A DNA stretch of 64,000 bases from Alphaproteobacteria bacterium (GTDB lineage Bacteria; Pseudomonadota; Alphaproteobacteria; UBA828), in contig CBDEFM010000002.1 in assembly GCA_965237415.1 (NCBI GenBank), forward strand, positions 864,001 to 928,000, given 5' to 3'. The notes beneath the pieces are model-generated. The model saw nothing but the letters and a program-made list of their open reading frames with translations. It was not told the DNA's origin and ran no database searches. Below are positions 48,894 through 59,505 of the stretch, piece after piece. Each line of letters begins with the position of its first letter. Within the stretch, counting starts at the first letter, position 1. Both the position numbers and the translations under genes were made by a program.

Positions 48894-50939
48894 TCAGGCG
48901 TCGGTGATGCGGAGGAATCCGTAATCGTCGACCCGGAGCGTCTGGCCCGGATGGACGAGCGTGGTGGCGGTATCCTCCTCCACGATCAGCGGCCCCTCGA
49001 GCTCAGCGCCGGGGGGCAGCCGGTCGCGCGCGTAGACCGCGGCCTCGTGGCGGCCGTCTTCGGCGAAATCGGCCATGCGCGCGGGCCTGGACGCCGCCTC
49101 AAGCGAGCGCCCTTCCGCCGAGAGCCTCTTCATCTCGGGCCTCGGCACCTTGGCGGACGCGGTGAGCCGGTAGGTCACGAACTCCACCGGCGTGTCGTCG
49201 AGGCGGAAGGTGTAGGTCTTCTCGTGCGCCTCGTGGAAGGCAGCGAGGATGGCGTCCACCCGCGCGGCGGCGATGTCCACGGGCACCGTGACCGAGTGCT
49301 CCTGCCCGAGATAGCGCAGGTCGATGCGGCCCTCGAAGGCGATCTCCGCCTCCCCCATGTGGGCGTCGGTGCGGAAGTAGCGCTCCGCCTCCTGACGGAG
49401 GCCGGCGAAGACCCCCCGCACGTCGCCCGCCGTCACCTCTTCGTCGCGCCTGAGCACGGTCTGCGTGAAGTCGCGCCGGGGCTCGGTGGCCAGCATCCCC
49501 CAGGCAGAGAAGAGCCCGGGATAGAGCGGCACGATGATCTCCTTCACGCCGAGCTCGCGGCCGAGCGGCGCGCCATGCATGGGGCCGCCGCCGCCGCCCA
49601 CGACCAGCGCGAAGTCGCGCGGGTCGTGGCCCCGCTGGATTGAGACCAGCTTCAGCGCGTTGATCATGTTGGCTTCCACCGTCCGGATGACCGCGACCGC
49701 CGCCGCGACCACGTTGATGCCGAGGCCCTGCGCGATCGTCTCCATCGCGGCCCGGGCCTTGCCCTCGTCGAGATCGAACTGCCCGCCGGCGAAGTTGGTG
49801 GGGTTGATGACGCCGGTGATGAGCTTGGCGTCGGTCACGGTGGGCTCGGCGCCGCCCCGGCCGTAGCAGGCGGGTCCCGGATCGGCGCCGGCGGAGACCG
49901 GCCCCACCTTCAGGAGTCCCGCCTTGTCGAGCCAGGCGATGGAGCCGCCGCCCGCGCCGATCTCGACGATGTCCACAACCGGAACCCGCAGCGGATAGCC
50001 GAACTGTGTGCGGCTATATTCCAGCCGGTATTCGGTCGTGATCTTCGGTGCGCCGTCCTCGATGGTGGTGCACTTCGCGGTGGTGCCGCCGATGTCCAGA
50101 TAGATCACCCGCGGCTCGTCGCAAAGGTCGCTGACGATGGCGGCGCCGTTGCAGCCCGCCGCCGGCCCCGATTCCATGAGGGTGATGGGGTGTTCCTTGG
50201 CCCAGGCGAAGCTGGTGGTGCCGCCGTTGGACTGCATGGCGGCGTAGGCGCAGTTGACGCCGGCGCCGCCCAACGCCTCCTCCAGGCGGCCGAAGTAGCT
50301 TTGCACGATGGGCTGCACATAGGCGTTGAGCACCGCCGTGTTGGCGCGCTCGTACTCGCGCCACTCGCGGGTGATCTCGTGCGAGGCGGTGATCGAGACG
50401 CCCTCCAGCCGCTCGCGCAGATGGGCCGCCGTCTCGGCCTCGTGCCGGGGCGCGACATAGCTGTGGAGGAACTGGATCGCGATCGCCTCGACCTCTTCCT
50501 CCCGGCAGCGCTGGACGATGTGGTCGAGGTCCGTCTTCTCCAGCGGCCTCAGCACGTTGCCCGCTGCATCCATGCGCTCGCGGACCTCGAAGCGCAGCAG
50601 GCGCGGCACGAAGGGGCGCTCCTTCTCGAAGCGCAGGTTGTAGAGGTCGGGCCTGTTGCCGCGCTGGATCTCCAGCACGTCGCGGAAGCCTGCGGTGGTG
50701 ACGAGCGCGGTGCGGGCACCCTTGCGCTCGGTGATGGCGTTGATCACCGTGGTCCCGCCGTGGACGAAGAAGTCCACCTCGCCAGGCGCTAGCCCTGAGA
50801 GCGCGATGGTGTCGATCACGCCCTGGGTCAGGTCACCCGGCGTGGTCAGCGACTTCGCCGTGCGCAGCGTCCCATCGGCGTCGTCGAAATAGACCAGATC
50901 GGTGAAGGTGCCGCCGATATCGGACGCGAGCCGGCCCAT
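48894..50939 (-). CDS. Hydantoinase A / oxoprolinase ATP-binding subunit
   Basis: SDIGGTFTD, ESGPAAG, DIGGTT, IGAGGGS, GPVSAGADPGP. Confidence 0.93.
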   Translation of the reverse strand: MGRLASDIGGTFTDLVYFDDADGTLRTAKSLTTPGDLTQGVIDTIALSGLAPGEVDFFVHGGTTVINAITERKGARTALVTTAGFRDVLEIQRGNRPDLYNLRFEKERPFVPRLLRFEVRERMDAAGNVLRPLEKTDLDHIVQRCREEEVEAIAIQFLHSYVAPRHEAETAAHLRERLEGVSITASHEITREWREYERANTAVLNAYVQPIVQSYFGRLEEALGGAGVNCAYAAMQSNGGTTSFAWAKEHPITLMESGPAAGCNGAAIVSDLCDEPRVIYLDIGGTTAKCTTIEDGAPKITTEYRLEYSRTQFGYPLRVPVVDIVEIGAGGGSIAWLDKAGLLKVGPVSAGADPGPACYGRGGAEPTVTDAKLITGVINPTNFAGGQFDLDEGKARAAMETIAQGLGINVVAAAVAVIRTVEANMINALKLVSIQRGHDPRDFALVVGGGGGPMHGAPLGRELGVKEIIVPLYPGLFSAWGMLATEPRRDFTQTVLRRDEEVTAGDVRGVFAGLRQEAERYFRTDAHMGEAEIAFEGRIDLRYLGQEHSVTVPVDIAAARVDAILAAFHEAHEKTYTFRLDDTPVEFVTYRLTASAKVPRPEMKRLSAEGRSLEAASRPARMADFAEDGRHEAAVYARDRLPPGAELEGPLIVEEDTATTLVHPGQTLRVDDYGFLRITDA

Positions 50940-50953
50940 GGTCGGTCCGCGCG

Positions 50954-52714
50954 TCAGGCGGCGGCCGCGCGCAGCCTGGCGGTCGCCTCCTCGTCGATTG
51001 CGCGCCCGCCCGCGGCGATGACGACGCCGTAGTCCTCGCGCGCCTGGTCGGCGGAGATGTAGTCCGCGCGCACCTCCGCGAGCACCTCGTCGGCCGGCCG
51101 CTCGAAGGGATCGCCGTAGCCGCCGCCGCCGCCGGTGAACATGCGGATGATGTCGCCCCGCTTCATGATCGTGGTGGGCGCCCTGGCGGCGCGCCGGGCG
51201 TCGTTGCCGACGTGCAGCTCGAAGTAGTTGACCGAGCCTTTGTTGCCGCCCTCGCGCGCCCAGGGTTTCTCGATCGAGCGGCCGTAGCTCGCCGAAAGCA
51301 CCGCGTCGTCGGTCATGATCTCGTACTCGCGGATCGAGCCGTAGCCGCCCCGGTAACGGCCGGCGCCGACGCCGCCCGGCGTGTTGAGCGTGTACTGGTT
51401 GACCCGCACCGGGAACTTCGCCTCCAGCAGCTCGATGGAGTAGTTGAAGGTGTCGCCGTTGGTGATGGGGCTGGTGACGCAGTTGCCGTCACGCTCGTCG
51501 GTGGCGCCCCAGCCGACCATGCTGGGTTCGATCATCACCCAGGGCTCGCCCTTGGCGCGGTCGTGGCCGCCCAGCACGGTCACGCAGAGGCTGTTGGCGC
51601 TGCCCATGCTGACCCGCTTGGGCGCGATGGGGGCGAGCGCCTTCCACGCGAGCTCCGAGGCCTGGCCGGTGCCCTCGTAGTACCAGCCGACCGGCGCGGG
51701 CTTGGTGGCCGTGAACACCGTGCCGTCGGGTGCTACCACCTTCAGCGGCCGGAACCAGCCCTCGTTCGACGGCGACTGGGGATCGACGATCGCCTTGAAG
51801 ACCGTCTTTACCGCCGAGACCAGAGCCGAGCGCGAGCAGTTGACCGGCCCCTGGAGCTGCTCGCAGGAGCCCGTGTAGTCGACGGTGACGGTGTCGCCCT
51901 CGATGGTAACGGCCACCCTGGTCGGGAAGCGCTCCTCGCTGATGCCGTCGCCGTCCACCCAGTCCTCGGCTTCGTAGGTGCCGTCCGGCAGCGCCGCCAC
52001 GGCCTCGCGGCTCACCCGCTCGCTGGTCTCGAGGATATGGCGGAAGGTTTCTGCCACCGCGCGCTTGCCATACTTCTCGCAGAGCTCGAGGCAACGATTC
52101 TCGGCAATGCGGACCGAGGCCAGCGCCGCGTTGAGATCGCCCAGCGCCATCTTCGGCAGGCGCACGTTGGCCGCGATCATCTCGAAGATGGCGTCCTGGC
52201 GCTCGCCTTCCTTGTAGACGTGGATGCCGGGGAAGCAGATCCCTTCCTGGAATATCTCGGTGGCGTCCGCCGGCAGCGAGCCCGGCGACTTGCCGCCGAC
52301 ATCGGTCCAGTGCGAAATCGAGATGGCGAAGGCGAACAGCTCGCCGTCCACGAACACCGGCTTGATGACGCCCACGTCGTTGTAGTGGGTGCCGCCGCGG
52401 TACGGGTCGTTGAGCATGTAGATGTCGCCCGGCCGGATGCGGCCTGCGAACTTCTCCTTGATGATGTTGATCTGGAGCGAGAAGGTTCCGGTGAAGACGG
52501 TGATCCCGTTGGTCTGGGACACCAGCGCGCCGTCCGCGTCGCAGAAGCCGCAGGCGAAGTCGAGCACCTCGTAGATGACCGGGCTCATGCTGCTCCGCGC
52601 GAGCACCACGCCCATCTCGTCGGCCACCGCCAGCAGCTTGCCGCGCACGATCTCGCGGGTCACCACGTCGGTCTCGAAACCACCGCTTTCGCGTCCGTTC
52701 ATGCCGCTTGCCAT
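50954..52714 (-). CDS. Hydantoinase B / oxoprolinase subunit
   Basis: NDPYRGGTHYND, HWTDVGG, GAGRYRGG, TGGGGGYGDP. Confidence 0.93.
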   Translation of the reverse strand: MASGMNGRESGGFETDVVTREIVRGKLLAVADEMGVVLARSSMSPVIYEVLDFACGFCDADGALVSQTNGITVFTGTFSLQINIIKEKFAGRIRPGDIYMLNDPYRGGTHYNDVGVIKPVFVDGELFAFAISISHWTDVGGKSPGSLPADATEIFQEGICFPGIHVYKEGERQDAIFEMIAANVRLPKMALGDLNAALASVRIAENRCLELCEKYGKRAVAETFRHILETSERVSREAVAALPDGTYEAEDWVDGDGISEERFPTRVAVTIEGDTVTVDYTGSCEQLQGPVNCSRSALVSAVKTVFKAIVDPQSPSNEGWFRPLKVVAPDGTVFTATKPAPVGWYYEGTGQASELAWKALAPIAPKRVSMGSANSLCVTVLGGHDRAKGEPWVMIEPSMVGWGATDERDGNCVTSPITNGDTFNYSIELLEAKFPVRVNQYTLNTPGGVGAGRYRGGYGSIREYEIMTDDAVLSASYGRSIEKPWAREGGNKGSVNYFELHVGNDARRAARAPTTIMKRGDIIRMFTGGGGGYGDPFERPADEVLAEVRADYISADQAREDYGVVIAAGGRAIDEEATARLRAAAA

Positions 52715-52818
52715 CGCATCGTCCTCCACGGGAGCCTGACGCTCCGCAGTCGCTCCTAGTCTCTCACCGCCACGGAACCGCGGTCAACGCGGGATGCACC
52801 TGCAGGCGGCACTCATGG

Positions 52819-53814
52819 TCAGACCGTGACCACGATTTTGCCGCATTGGGCATTGGATTCCATGTAGCGGTGTGCATCCGCAATCTCCTCCAGCGGGAAC
52901 GCGCGGTCGATCACGGGCGCGAGCGCACCGCTGGCGAGGCCGGCGAAGATGGCGTCCCGCGCCGCCGCGAAGCGTGCTTCGTCGCGCACGAAGTCGAGGA
53001 CCTGATAGCCGACGATGGTAAGCGAATTCGCCAGCATCGGCATGAGCGGATAGGCGGTCTCTCCAGGATGCAGGGCGCCATATTCGTAGATGGTGCCATA
53101 CGGCGCTGCGGCGCCGCAGAGCGTCGTCAGCAGCGGACCTGCAATCGGATCGAAAACCACACGCGCGCCGGCATCGCCGGTGATCTCCATAACCCGCGCC
53201 GGCAGGTCCTCTTCGTCCGTCGCCACCACGTGATCGGCGCCGAAGCCGAGGAGTGCATCCTTCTTGGCTGCGGTCCGGGTGGTCGCGATCACGGTGGTGC
53301 CGCGTTCCTTGGCGATCTGGATTGCGGCGAGGCCGACGCTGCTACTCGCGGCGGTGATGATCACGGCGTCGTCGGGCCCTAGATCGCCATAGTGGACCAG
53401 CGCACCGTAGGCCGTGAGGTAGGCCATCCAGAGCGCAGCACCTTGGGCAGGCGTAAGCTCGGCCGGGTAAGGCGCCGCGATCTCGGCCGGCACCGTGGCG
53501 CTCTCGCCGTAGACGCCCTGCCGGGTCTGGGAGAGGGCGAAGGACGGGACCGTGGCGATGCGTTCGCCCTCATTGACGTTCGTCACCCCTTCGCCGACGG
53601 CTTCTACGACGCCGGCGGCTTCGTAGCCGATGCGGGAGGGAAAGACCGGCCGTTCGTGATAGATGCCCTCGCGCAGCATGACCTCCGCCCGGTTGAGGCC
53701 GATCGCCTCGACCCTGATCCGGACCTCACCGGGCCCCGGATCCACCTCCGGCACCTCGTCGAGGCGCAGCACCTCGGGCCCGCCAGTCTCGTGGAATCGT
53801 ACGATTCGAGCCAT
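52819..53814 (-). CDS. MDR-family NADPH:quinone oxidoreductase-like protein
   Basis: GGPEVL, GYEAAGVV, AASSSVGLAAIQ, GKIVV. Confidence 0.9.
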   Translation of the reverse strand: MARIVRFHETGGPEVLRLDEVPEVDPGPGEVRIRVEAIGLNRAEVMLREGIYHERPVFPSRIGYEAAGVVEAVGEGVTNVNEGERIATVPSFALSQTRQGVYGESATVPAEIAAPYPAELTPAQGAALWMAYLTAYGALVHYGDLGPDDAVIITAASSSVGLAAIQIAKERGTTVIATTRTAAKKDALLGFGADHVVATDEEDLPARVMEITGDAGARVVFDPIAGPLLTTLCGAAAPYGTIYEYGALHPGETAYPLMPMLANSLTIVGYQVLDFVRDEARFAAARDAIFAGLASGALAPVIDRAFPLEEIADAHRYMESNAQCGKIVVTV

Positions 53815-54114
53815 GGTCCGCTCCCCGCCCATTCGGCCCGCAACAGTGCCGGGCACCCATTGATCCGGACGAAAACTAGCACAATCACACCGTGGCAGTT
53901 CAGGTGTGCCGACCGTTTCGGGCGACGAGTGTTTTGTGAAATTTTTGCCAGCCCGCACCATGGTCCTGTGCACAGCCCGTGCCGCCCATCTGGACCCTGC
54001 GCTTCCGCGTGTCCATACTGTCTGCGTGACGCCGCGAGACCGACAGGGCCAGGTCGAAGCGGCGAGATGATTTGCGCGGGGAACGGTTCCCATTTGGGAG
54101 GAGGAGCGCCCACC

Positions 54115-55251
54115 ATGCCGCCTATTCCGTCCGCCCTGGAGATCACGCGGGACATCGTCCGCATGGACACCCGCAACCCGCCCGGCCGTGAGGTGGATTG
54201 CGCCCATTATCTGGGCGACCTGCTCAGCGCGGCGGGGATCGAGGTCTCCTATCACGAGTTCGCGCCGGAGCGGACGAGCCTGGTCGCGGTGCTGCGCGGC
54301 GAGGGCGGAAACGGGAAGAAGCCGCTCTGCTTCGGCGGGCATATCGACGTCGTTCCCCTCGGCGTCAAGGAATGGTCGGTCGATCCCTTCGGCGCCGAGA
54401 TCGTGGACGGCAAGCTCTTTGGCCGCGGCACCACCGACATGAAGGCCGGCATCTCCTCATTCGTCCACGTCGCGCTCAAACTCGCGGCTGAGGAGAAACG
54501 CGGCGCGGCGGACATGGTGATGGCGATTTGCGCCGGCGAGGAGACCGGCTGCGAAGGCTCATATCACCTGGCCGAGATCGGCGCGCTCGACGAGGCCGGC
54601 GCCATCGTCATCGCCGAGCCGACCTCGAATTATCCGATCCTCGGCCACAAGGGCGCTCTCTGGCTGAAGGTGGAGACCGAAGGCATCACCGCCCACGGCT
54701 CGATGCCCGAGCACGGCGACAACGCGCTCTACAAGGCGGCGCGCTCGGTGACCAAGCTCGAGGAGTTCGATTTCAACGTGATGCCTCACAAGCTGCTTGG
54801 GAGGTCGACCCTCAATGTCGGCACCATGCGGGGCGGGCTCAATCTCAACTCGGTGCCGGACCACGCCGAGTTCACCATCGACATCAGGACGCTGCCCGAA
54901 CAGGACCACGCGAAGATCCTCTCGGGCCTGGAAGGGTATCTCGGCGACGAGAACAAGATCGCCCGCGTGGTCGATTGCGGCGGTGTGCACACCCCGCACA
55001 CCCATCCGTGGATTCAGGAGATTTACGCGGTGATGGAGCCGATCCTCGGCGAGAAGATCGAGCCGCGCGGCGCGCCCTACTTCACCGACGCCTCGGCGCT
55101 GATGCCGGCCTACGGGCGTCCGCCGACGATAATCCTCGGGCCCGGCGAGATGCACATGGCCCATCAGACCGACGAGTACTGCCCCGTGGCGCATGTCGAG
55201 CAGGCAGCCGAGGTCTATGAGATTCTAGCCCGCCGCTGGTGCGGCTACTGA
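54115..55251 (+). CDS. M20 metallo-amidohydrolase (ArgE/DapE family)
   Basis: GHIDVVP, GRGTTDMK, GEE, AEPT, AHQTDE. Confidence 0.92.
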   Translation: MPPIPSALEITRDIVRMDTRNPPGREVDCAHYLGDLLSAAGIEVSYHEFAPERTSLVAVLRGEGGNGKKPLCFGGHIDVVPLGVKEWSVDPFGAEIVDGKLFGRGTTDMKAGISSFVHVALKLAAEEKRGAADMVMAICAGEETGCEGSYHLAEIGALDEAGAIVIAEPTSNYPILGHKGALWLKVETEGITAHGSMPEHGDNALYKAARSVTKLEEFDFNVMPHKLLGRSTLNVGTMRGGLNLNSVPDHAEFTIDIRTLPEQDHAKILSGLEGYLGDENKIARVVDCGGVHTPHTHPWIQEIYAVMEPILGEKIEPRGAPYFTDASALMPAYGRPPTIILGPGEMHMAHQTDEYCPVAHVEQAAEVYEILARRWCGY

Positions 55252-55388
55252 TGGGGTGCGGCCCGGCCGGTAGCGCCGGTCGGGCCAACTGTGGACTCGC
55301 AGGTGGGCACGGTTGTACGCTTTTGGTGGCGGGGTCCGTGGGCAGGACGTGGCACGCGCGGCTCCGGCATTGATCGGGAGGCGGCACC

Positions 55389-56147
55389 ATGAAGATCATG
55401 ATCATCAACCCCAACTCGTCCCAGGATATGACGGATGCCGACGCGGTGGCTGGGCGCTCGGTTGCGCGGGCGGGAACCGAGGTCGTGGCGGTGACGCCGG
55501 ACTACGCGCCGGCCTCGATCGAATCTTTCTACGACGAATATCTGTGCGTGCCGGGAATCCTCAACGAGATCCGCAAGGGCGACAGCCAAGGCTTCGATGC
55601 CTACATCATCGCCTGCTACGGCGACCCCGGCCTGCACGCCGCGCGCGAGATGACCGACAAGCCCGTGATCGGGATCGCGGAAGCGTCGCTCTACATGGCG
55701 TGCCAGCTCGCGGCGCGCGTGGCGATCGTCACGATCATCCCGCGCTTCCGCGTGCCGGTGGAGGACATGGTCGCGGCCTACGGGCTCAGCAACAGGGTGA
55801 TCGTGCGCACCTCGCCGGTCTACGTGCTCGACGTGGAGCGAGACTACGAAGGCTCTCTGGAGAAGCTGCGCCAGGAATGCTACCGCGCTCGCGACGAAGA
55901 CGACGCCGAGGCGATTTGCCTGGGCTGTGCCGGCTTCGCGGAGTTCGCAGACGAGCTCGAAGCCGAGCTCGGCATCCCGGTGCTCGACGGGGTGGTGTGC
56001 GCCACCAAGACGGCCGAAAGCATCGTCGAGATCGGCCGCAAGACGAGCAAGTGGAAGACCTATCGGTTCCCGGAGCCGAAACCCTTTACCGGGATGCTGC
56101 AGCGGTTCGGCACCGAGGCGCCGGCTGACAGGGCCGCCGCCGAGTAA
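55389..56147 (+). CDS. Hydantoin/allantoin racemase (Asp/Glu racemase family)
   Basis: IINPNSS, IACYGDPG, LGCAG two-cysteine motifs. Confidence 0.92.
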   Translation: MKIMIINPNSSQDMTDADAVAGRSVARAGTEVVAVTPDYAPASIESFYDEYLCVPGILNEIRKGDSQGFDAYIIACYGDPGLHAAREMTDKPVIGIAEASLYMACQLAARVAIVTIIPRFRVPVEDMVAAYGLSNRVIVRTSPVYVLDVERDYEGSLEKLRQECYRARDEDDAEAICLGCAGFAEFADELEAELGIPVLDGVVCATKTAESIVEIGRKTSKWKTYRFPEPKPFTGMLQRFGTEAPADRAAAE

Positions 56148-56199
56148 CAACCGGCCGCCCGGCGCGAACCGGGCGGTGCAACGCATCAGGGAGGCAGAG

Positions 56200-57504
56200 A
56201 TGGACGACGGACATCTTGGTAAAAGACACGACAAGTTCTGCGACGAGGTCGAGACGCGCTCGCGCACGGCGGCGGGCCTCGACCGGCGCGAGTTCATGGC
56301 GGCGGCGGGTGCCACGGCCGTGGTCGCGGCGGCGGGCTTGGCAGCGACCGAGGCCGAGGCCGCGTTCTCAGACCGGGTCGCCGGCATCACCCAGGACGAG
56401 CCGATGCAGCTCATCGGCACCGGGGTCTCCGCGCAGGAGCGCTTCTTCAAGAAGTTCGAGGAGATGAGCGGCGGGCTCCAGGTGACCGGCCAGGTCGCGA
56501 GCCTCGCCGATTCGGTCCAGAAGTGGATCACCGGCGGTTACGAGACGTTCTCGATGATCGAGACCAACGCCTTCCGCACGCCGGCGCTACGGGACGCGGA
56601 GACGATCGCGCCGATCCCGCTGGAGAAGATCACTAACTGGGAGTTCGCCGACACGCTCTTCTCCGATCCCGCCCATGTCGGCGCCGACCACACCAGCGGC
56701 TGGCCGGTCGATGTGGTCTATTGGGACGACAGCCGCACCTCGTTCGGGATGCTGCCGCAGATTTACAACATGGATGCGCTCGGCATCCTCCCCCACAAGT
56801 TCGCCGACACCCAAGCGGACCGCAACACGCCGGATACCCTCGGCGTGCTCTACGAGGGCCAGTGGCGCGACGTGGACGTGCGGGGCAAGGTCTCGATCCA
56901 GAACGAGGACCTGATTGGCCCGCCGCGCTGCGCGAGCTATCTGGTGAAGAACCGCAAGATGGACCCGGTCAAGGTCGGCTTTGGCGATCTCGAGCCCGAC
57001 GAGCTCAAGAACGTCATCGACTTCCTGATCGGCGCCAAGCAGGACGGCGTCTTCCGCGCGCTCTGGACCAACTACGGCGAGGCCGTGAACCTGCTCGCCT
57101 CCGAGGAGGTCTGGGGCATCGACTGCTGGAACCCGGTCGTCGAGGACGTGAGGAAACAAGGCGTCCCCTGCTGGTACGTGGACGTGTGGGAGGGCACCGG
57201 CGCCTGGTACTACGGCATGTGTCTCTCCAGCGAGGCGCCGCAGCCCGAGGTCGCTATGGCCTACATGGACTGGTGCCTCGAAGGCTGGCGCGGCGCGGCC
57301 GACGCCGAGCAGGGCTACTACTCGCCCACTCCCGACACCGCGCGCAACTACATGAGCGAGGACTCGTGGCTGAAGTGGTACGAGGGCCGCGGGCGCGACA
57401 CCGGACCCAAGCTCCGGCGCCAGTCGAACATCGCCTACTGGATGATCTGGCCGAGCCAGATCACCCTCTTCATCAAGGAGTGGAACCGCTTCCTCGCCGC
57501 CTGA
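56200..57504 (+). CDS. Second Tat-exported substrate-binding protein, paralog of 45821-47179
   Basis: DRREFM Tat motif; long identical blocks (NYGEAVNLLASEEVWG, RRQSNIA). Confidence 0.87.
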   Translation: MDDGHLGKRHDKFCDEVETRSRTAAGLDRREFMAAAGATAVVAAAGLAATEAEAAFSDRVAGITQDEPMQLIGTGVSAQERFFKKFEEMSGGLQVTGQVASLADSVQKWITGGYETFSMIETNAFRTPALRDAETIAPIPLEKITNWEFADTLFSDPAHVGADHTSGWPVDVVYWDDSRTSFGMLPQIYNMDALGILPHKFADTQADRNTPDTLGVLYEGQWRDVDVRGKVSIQNEDLIGPPRCASYLVKNRKMDPVKVGFGDLEPDELKNVIDFLIGAKQDGVFRALWTNYGEAVNLLASEEVWGIDCWNPVVEDVRKQGVPCWYVDVWEGTGAWYYGMCLSSEAPQPEVAMAYMDWCLEGWRGAADAEQGYYSPTPDTARNYMSEDSWLKWYEGRGRDTGPKLRRQSNIAYWMIWPSQITLFIKEWNRFLAA

Positions 57505-57539
57505 GCGACATTCCTCATCGTCCCGCCGGCACAGCATCG

Positions 57540-58814
57540 TGTGGGAACGGCGGTGAGAAATTAGTCCACGGTAGCGGCGGGATTGTCTCGCTGCGGGCAG
57601 AGCAAAACTCTGCCACTTGAGCCCTTCCCGGCGACGGGGAGGGCGGGGGCATGTATACCGTGGAACTTTATCGGAGGCTCAATTCGCAAACCGTAGGCAC
57701 CGGCGGTAGAATGGTTCCCGATTCGCGTGGGAGGTCAGGCAGATGGATCACGAGCGGTTTCGGGACTGGTTCTCGCATGTTGATGAGTTGACGGCGGCGC
57801 AGCGCAAGGAGGTCGCGACGGTGCTGTCGGACCCGCCGGAGGGCGCGGCCTCGCTGGCGGCGATCGAGTTGGGCGTGGATGACGAGCGGCGCTGTCCACA
57901 TTGCGGCAGCGCCGGGGCGGTGTCGCGGGGCAAGGCGCGCGGTCTGCGCCGCTATCGGTGCAAGACCTGCGGTAAGACATTCGGCGCGCTCACGGGCACG
58001 GCGCTGTCGGGGCTGCACCACAAGGAGCGCTGGCTGGCCTTCGGCGCCTCGCTTGGCGAAGGCGAGACGATCCGAGAGGCAGCCGAGCGCTGCGGGATTG
58101 CGCCGAGCACGGCGTTTCGCTGGCGCCACCGCTTCCTGGCGGCGGTGCGCCAGGCGCCGGACCGGCTTGCCGGGATCGTCGAGGCGGACGAGACCTTCGT
58201 TCTCGAGAGCCGGAAGGGGGAGCGGAAGCTGGACCGCAAGCCGCGCCGGCGCGGCGGCAAGGCCCGCAAACGCGGTCTCTCGCGCGAGCAGGTGCCGGTT
58301 CTGGTCGCCGCCGACCGTGCCGGCGCGACCCTCAGCCAAACCCTGCCCGCTCTCAACGCAAAGAGCGTGAAGGAGGCGCTGGAGCCGGTCGTCGCCCGCG
58401 ATGCCTTGCTCGTCTCCGACGCCAACCGCTGCTATCCGCCCGTCGCAGCGGCGCTCGACATCCCGCACGAGAGCATCAACGGCGCCGCCGGCGAGCGGGT
58501 TCGCGGCGCCCTGCACATCCAGACGGTCAACAGCCGCCACAGCCAGATCAAGGGCTTCCTGCGGGGCTTCCGCGGCATCGCCACCGAGTACCTCGACAGC
58601 TATCTCAGGTGGTTCCATCTCATCGAACTCGGCGACCAGCCATCGCCCAGAGCGTGTCTCAAGGCGGCAATGGCCAGACCATGCCTACGCTTCGCTAATT
58701 GAGCCTTATCGGAAGGTCCGTCTCGCCTGCCGGGACGGGATGAGCAAGCGTGCGGCGGCGCGTCATTTCGGGATTTCGCGCGAGAGCGTGAAGAAGATGC
58801 TGTGCTTTTCGGTG
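57540..58814 (+). pseudogene. IS21 left end and istA N-terminal remnant, split by IS1595
   Basis: TGTGGGAACGGC end; reconstructed MYTVELYRKVRLACRDGMSKRAAARHFGISRESVKKML. Confidence 0.75.
57676..58705 (+). mobile_element. IS1595-family IS, complete (transposase 57743-58702)
   Basis: TIR GGCTCAATT / AATTGAGCC; 8-bp duplication TTATCGGA; Zn ribbon CPHC..CKTC, VEADET, HIQTVNSRH. Confidence 0.95.
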
Positions 58815-59202
58815 GCCGCGAGCTGGTTCCCAATGCTGTTCAGCTCGGCATTGTTGCGTTGTACCGCCGCGGCCGCCTTCGCCGCCGCTTCCTCGATCCT
58901 TCTGATATCGGCTACCACCGCGTCGCCCCCTGACGCGTCCGCTGTCCGCGCAGCCTCGGCGACACGGGCCACGAGGTTGTCGCCCCAGGCCTCGAGCGCC
59001 TCCAGCGTCACAGGCGCCGGCCGTTCGGCGGACACCGCTTCCCTCAGTTCGGCAAATTGCTCGCGGAGGTCCTGCACCCCGGTCCGCAATTCCTCGATCG
59101 CGGCCGGATCGTAACCGGGCTCCGGCCGCTCGTCCGGCAGGCTCGCCAGGAGGTCCGGCTGGGCTGTCCGTCTACTCTTGCCGTCGCGCTCCGCAGTCAC
59201 GC

Positions 59203-59505
59203 TGTTGTTAAGCGTGGAAAATTGACCCCCTGTTGGGGGTGATCGGCGTCCAAATTTGACCCCCCATGGTTTGTGTCCATGAACACACCTCGTCGTTTGG
59301 ACGGACGGGGTGGGGGGGAGATGCTGGTTGTGGAAACGATCGCGAAGATCCGTCTGGATCATCTGGTGAGGGGCGTTCCGATCAAGAAGATCGCCCGGGA
59401 TTTGAGGGTTTCGAAGAACACGGTGCGCAAGGTGGTGCGGGGCGATGAGACCTCGTTCAGCTACGAGCGCAAGATCCAGCCGATGCCGAAGCTGGGGCCG
59501 TGGGT
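59203..59505 (+). pseudogene. Second IS21 left end and istA N-terminal remnant
   Basis: TGTTG end with repeated AATT(T)GACCCCC; MLVVETIAKIR...IKKIARDLRVSKNTVRK from 59321. Confidence 0.8.
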
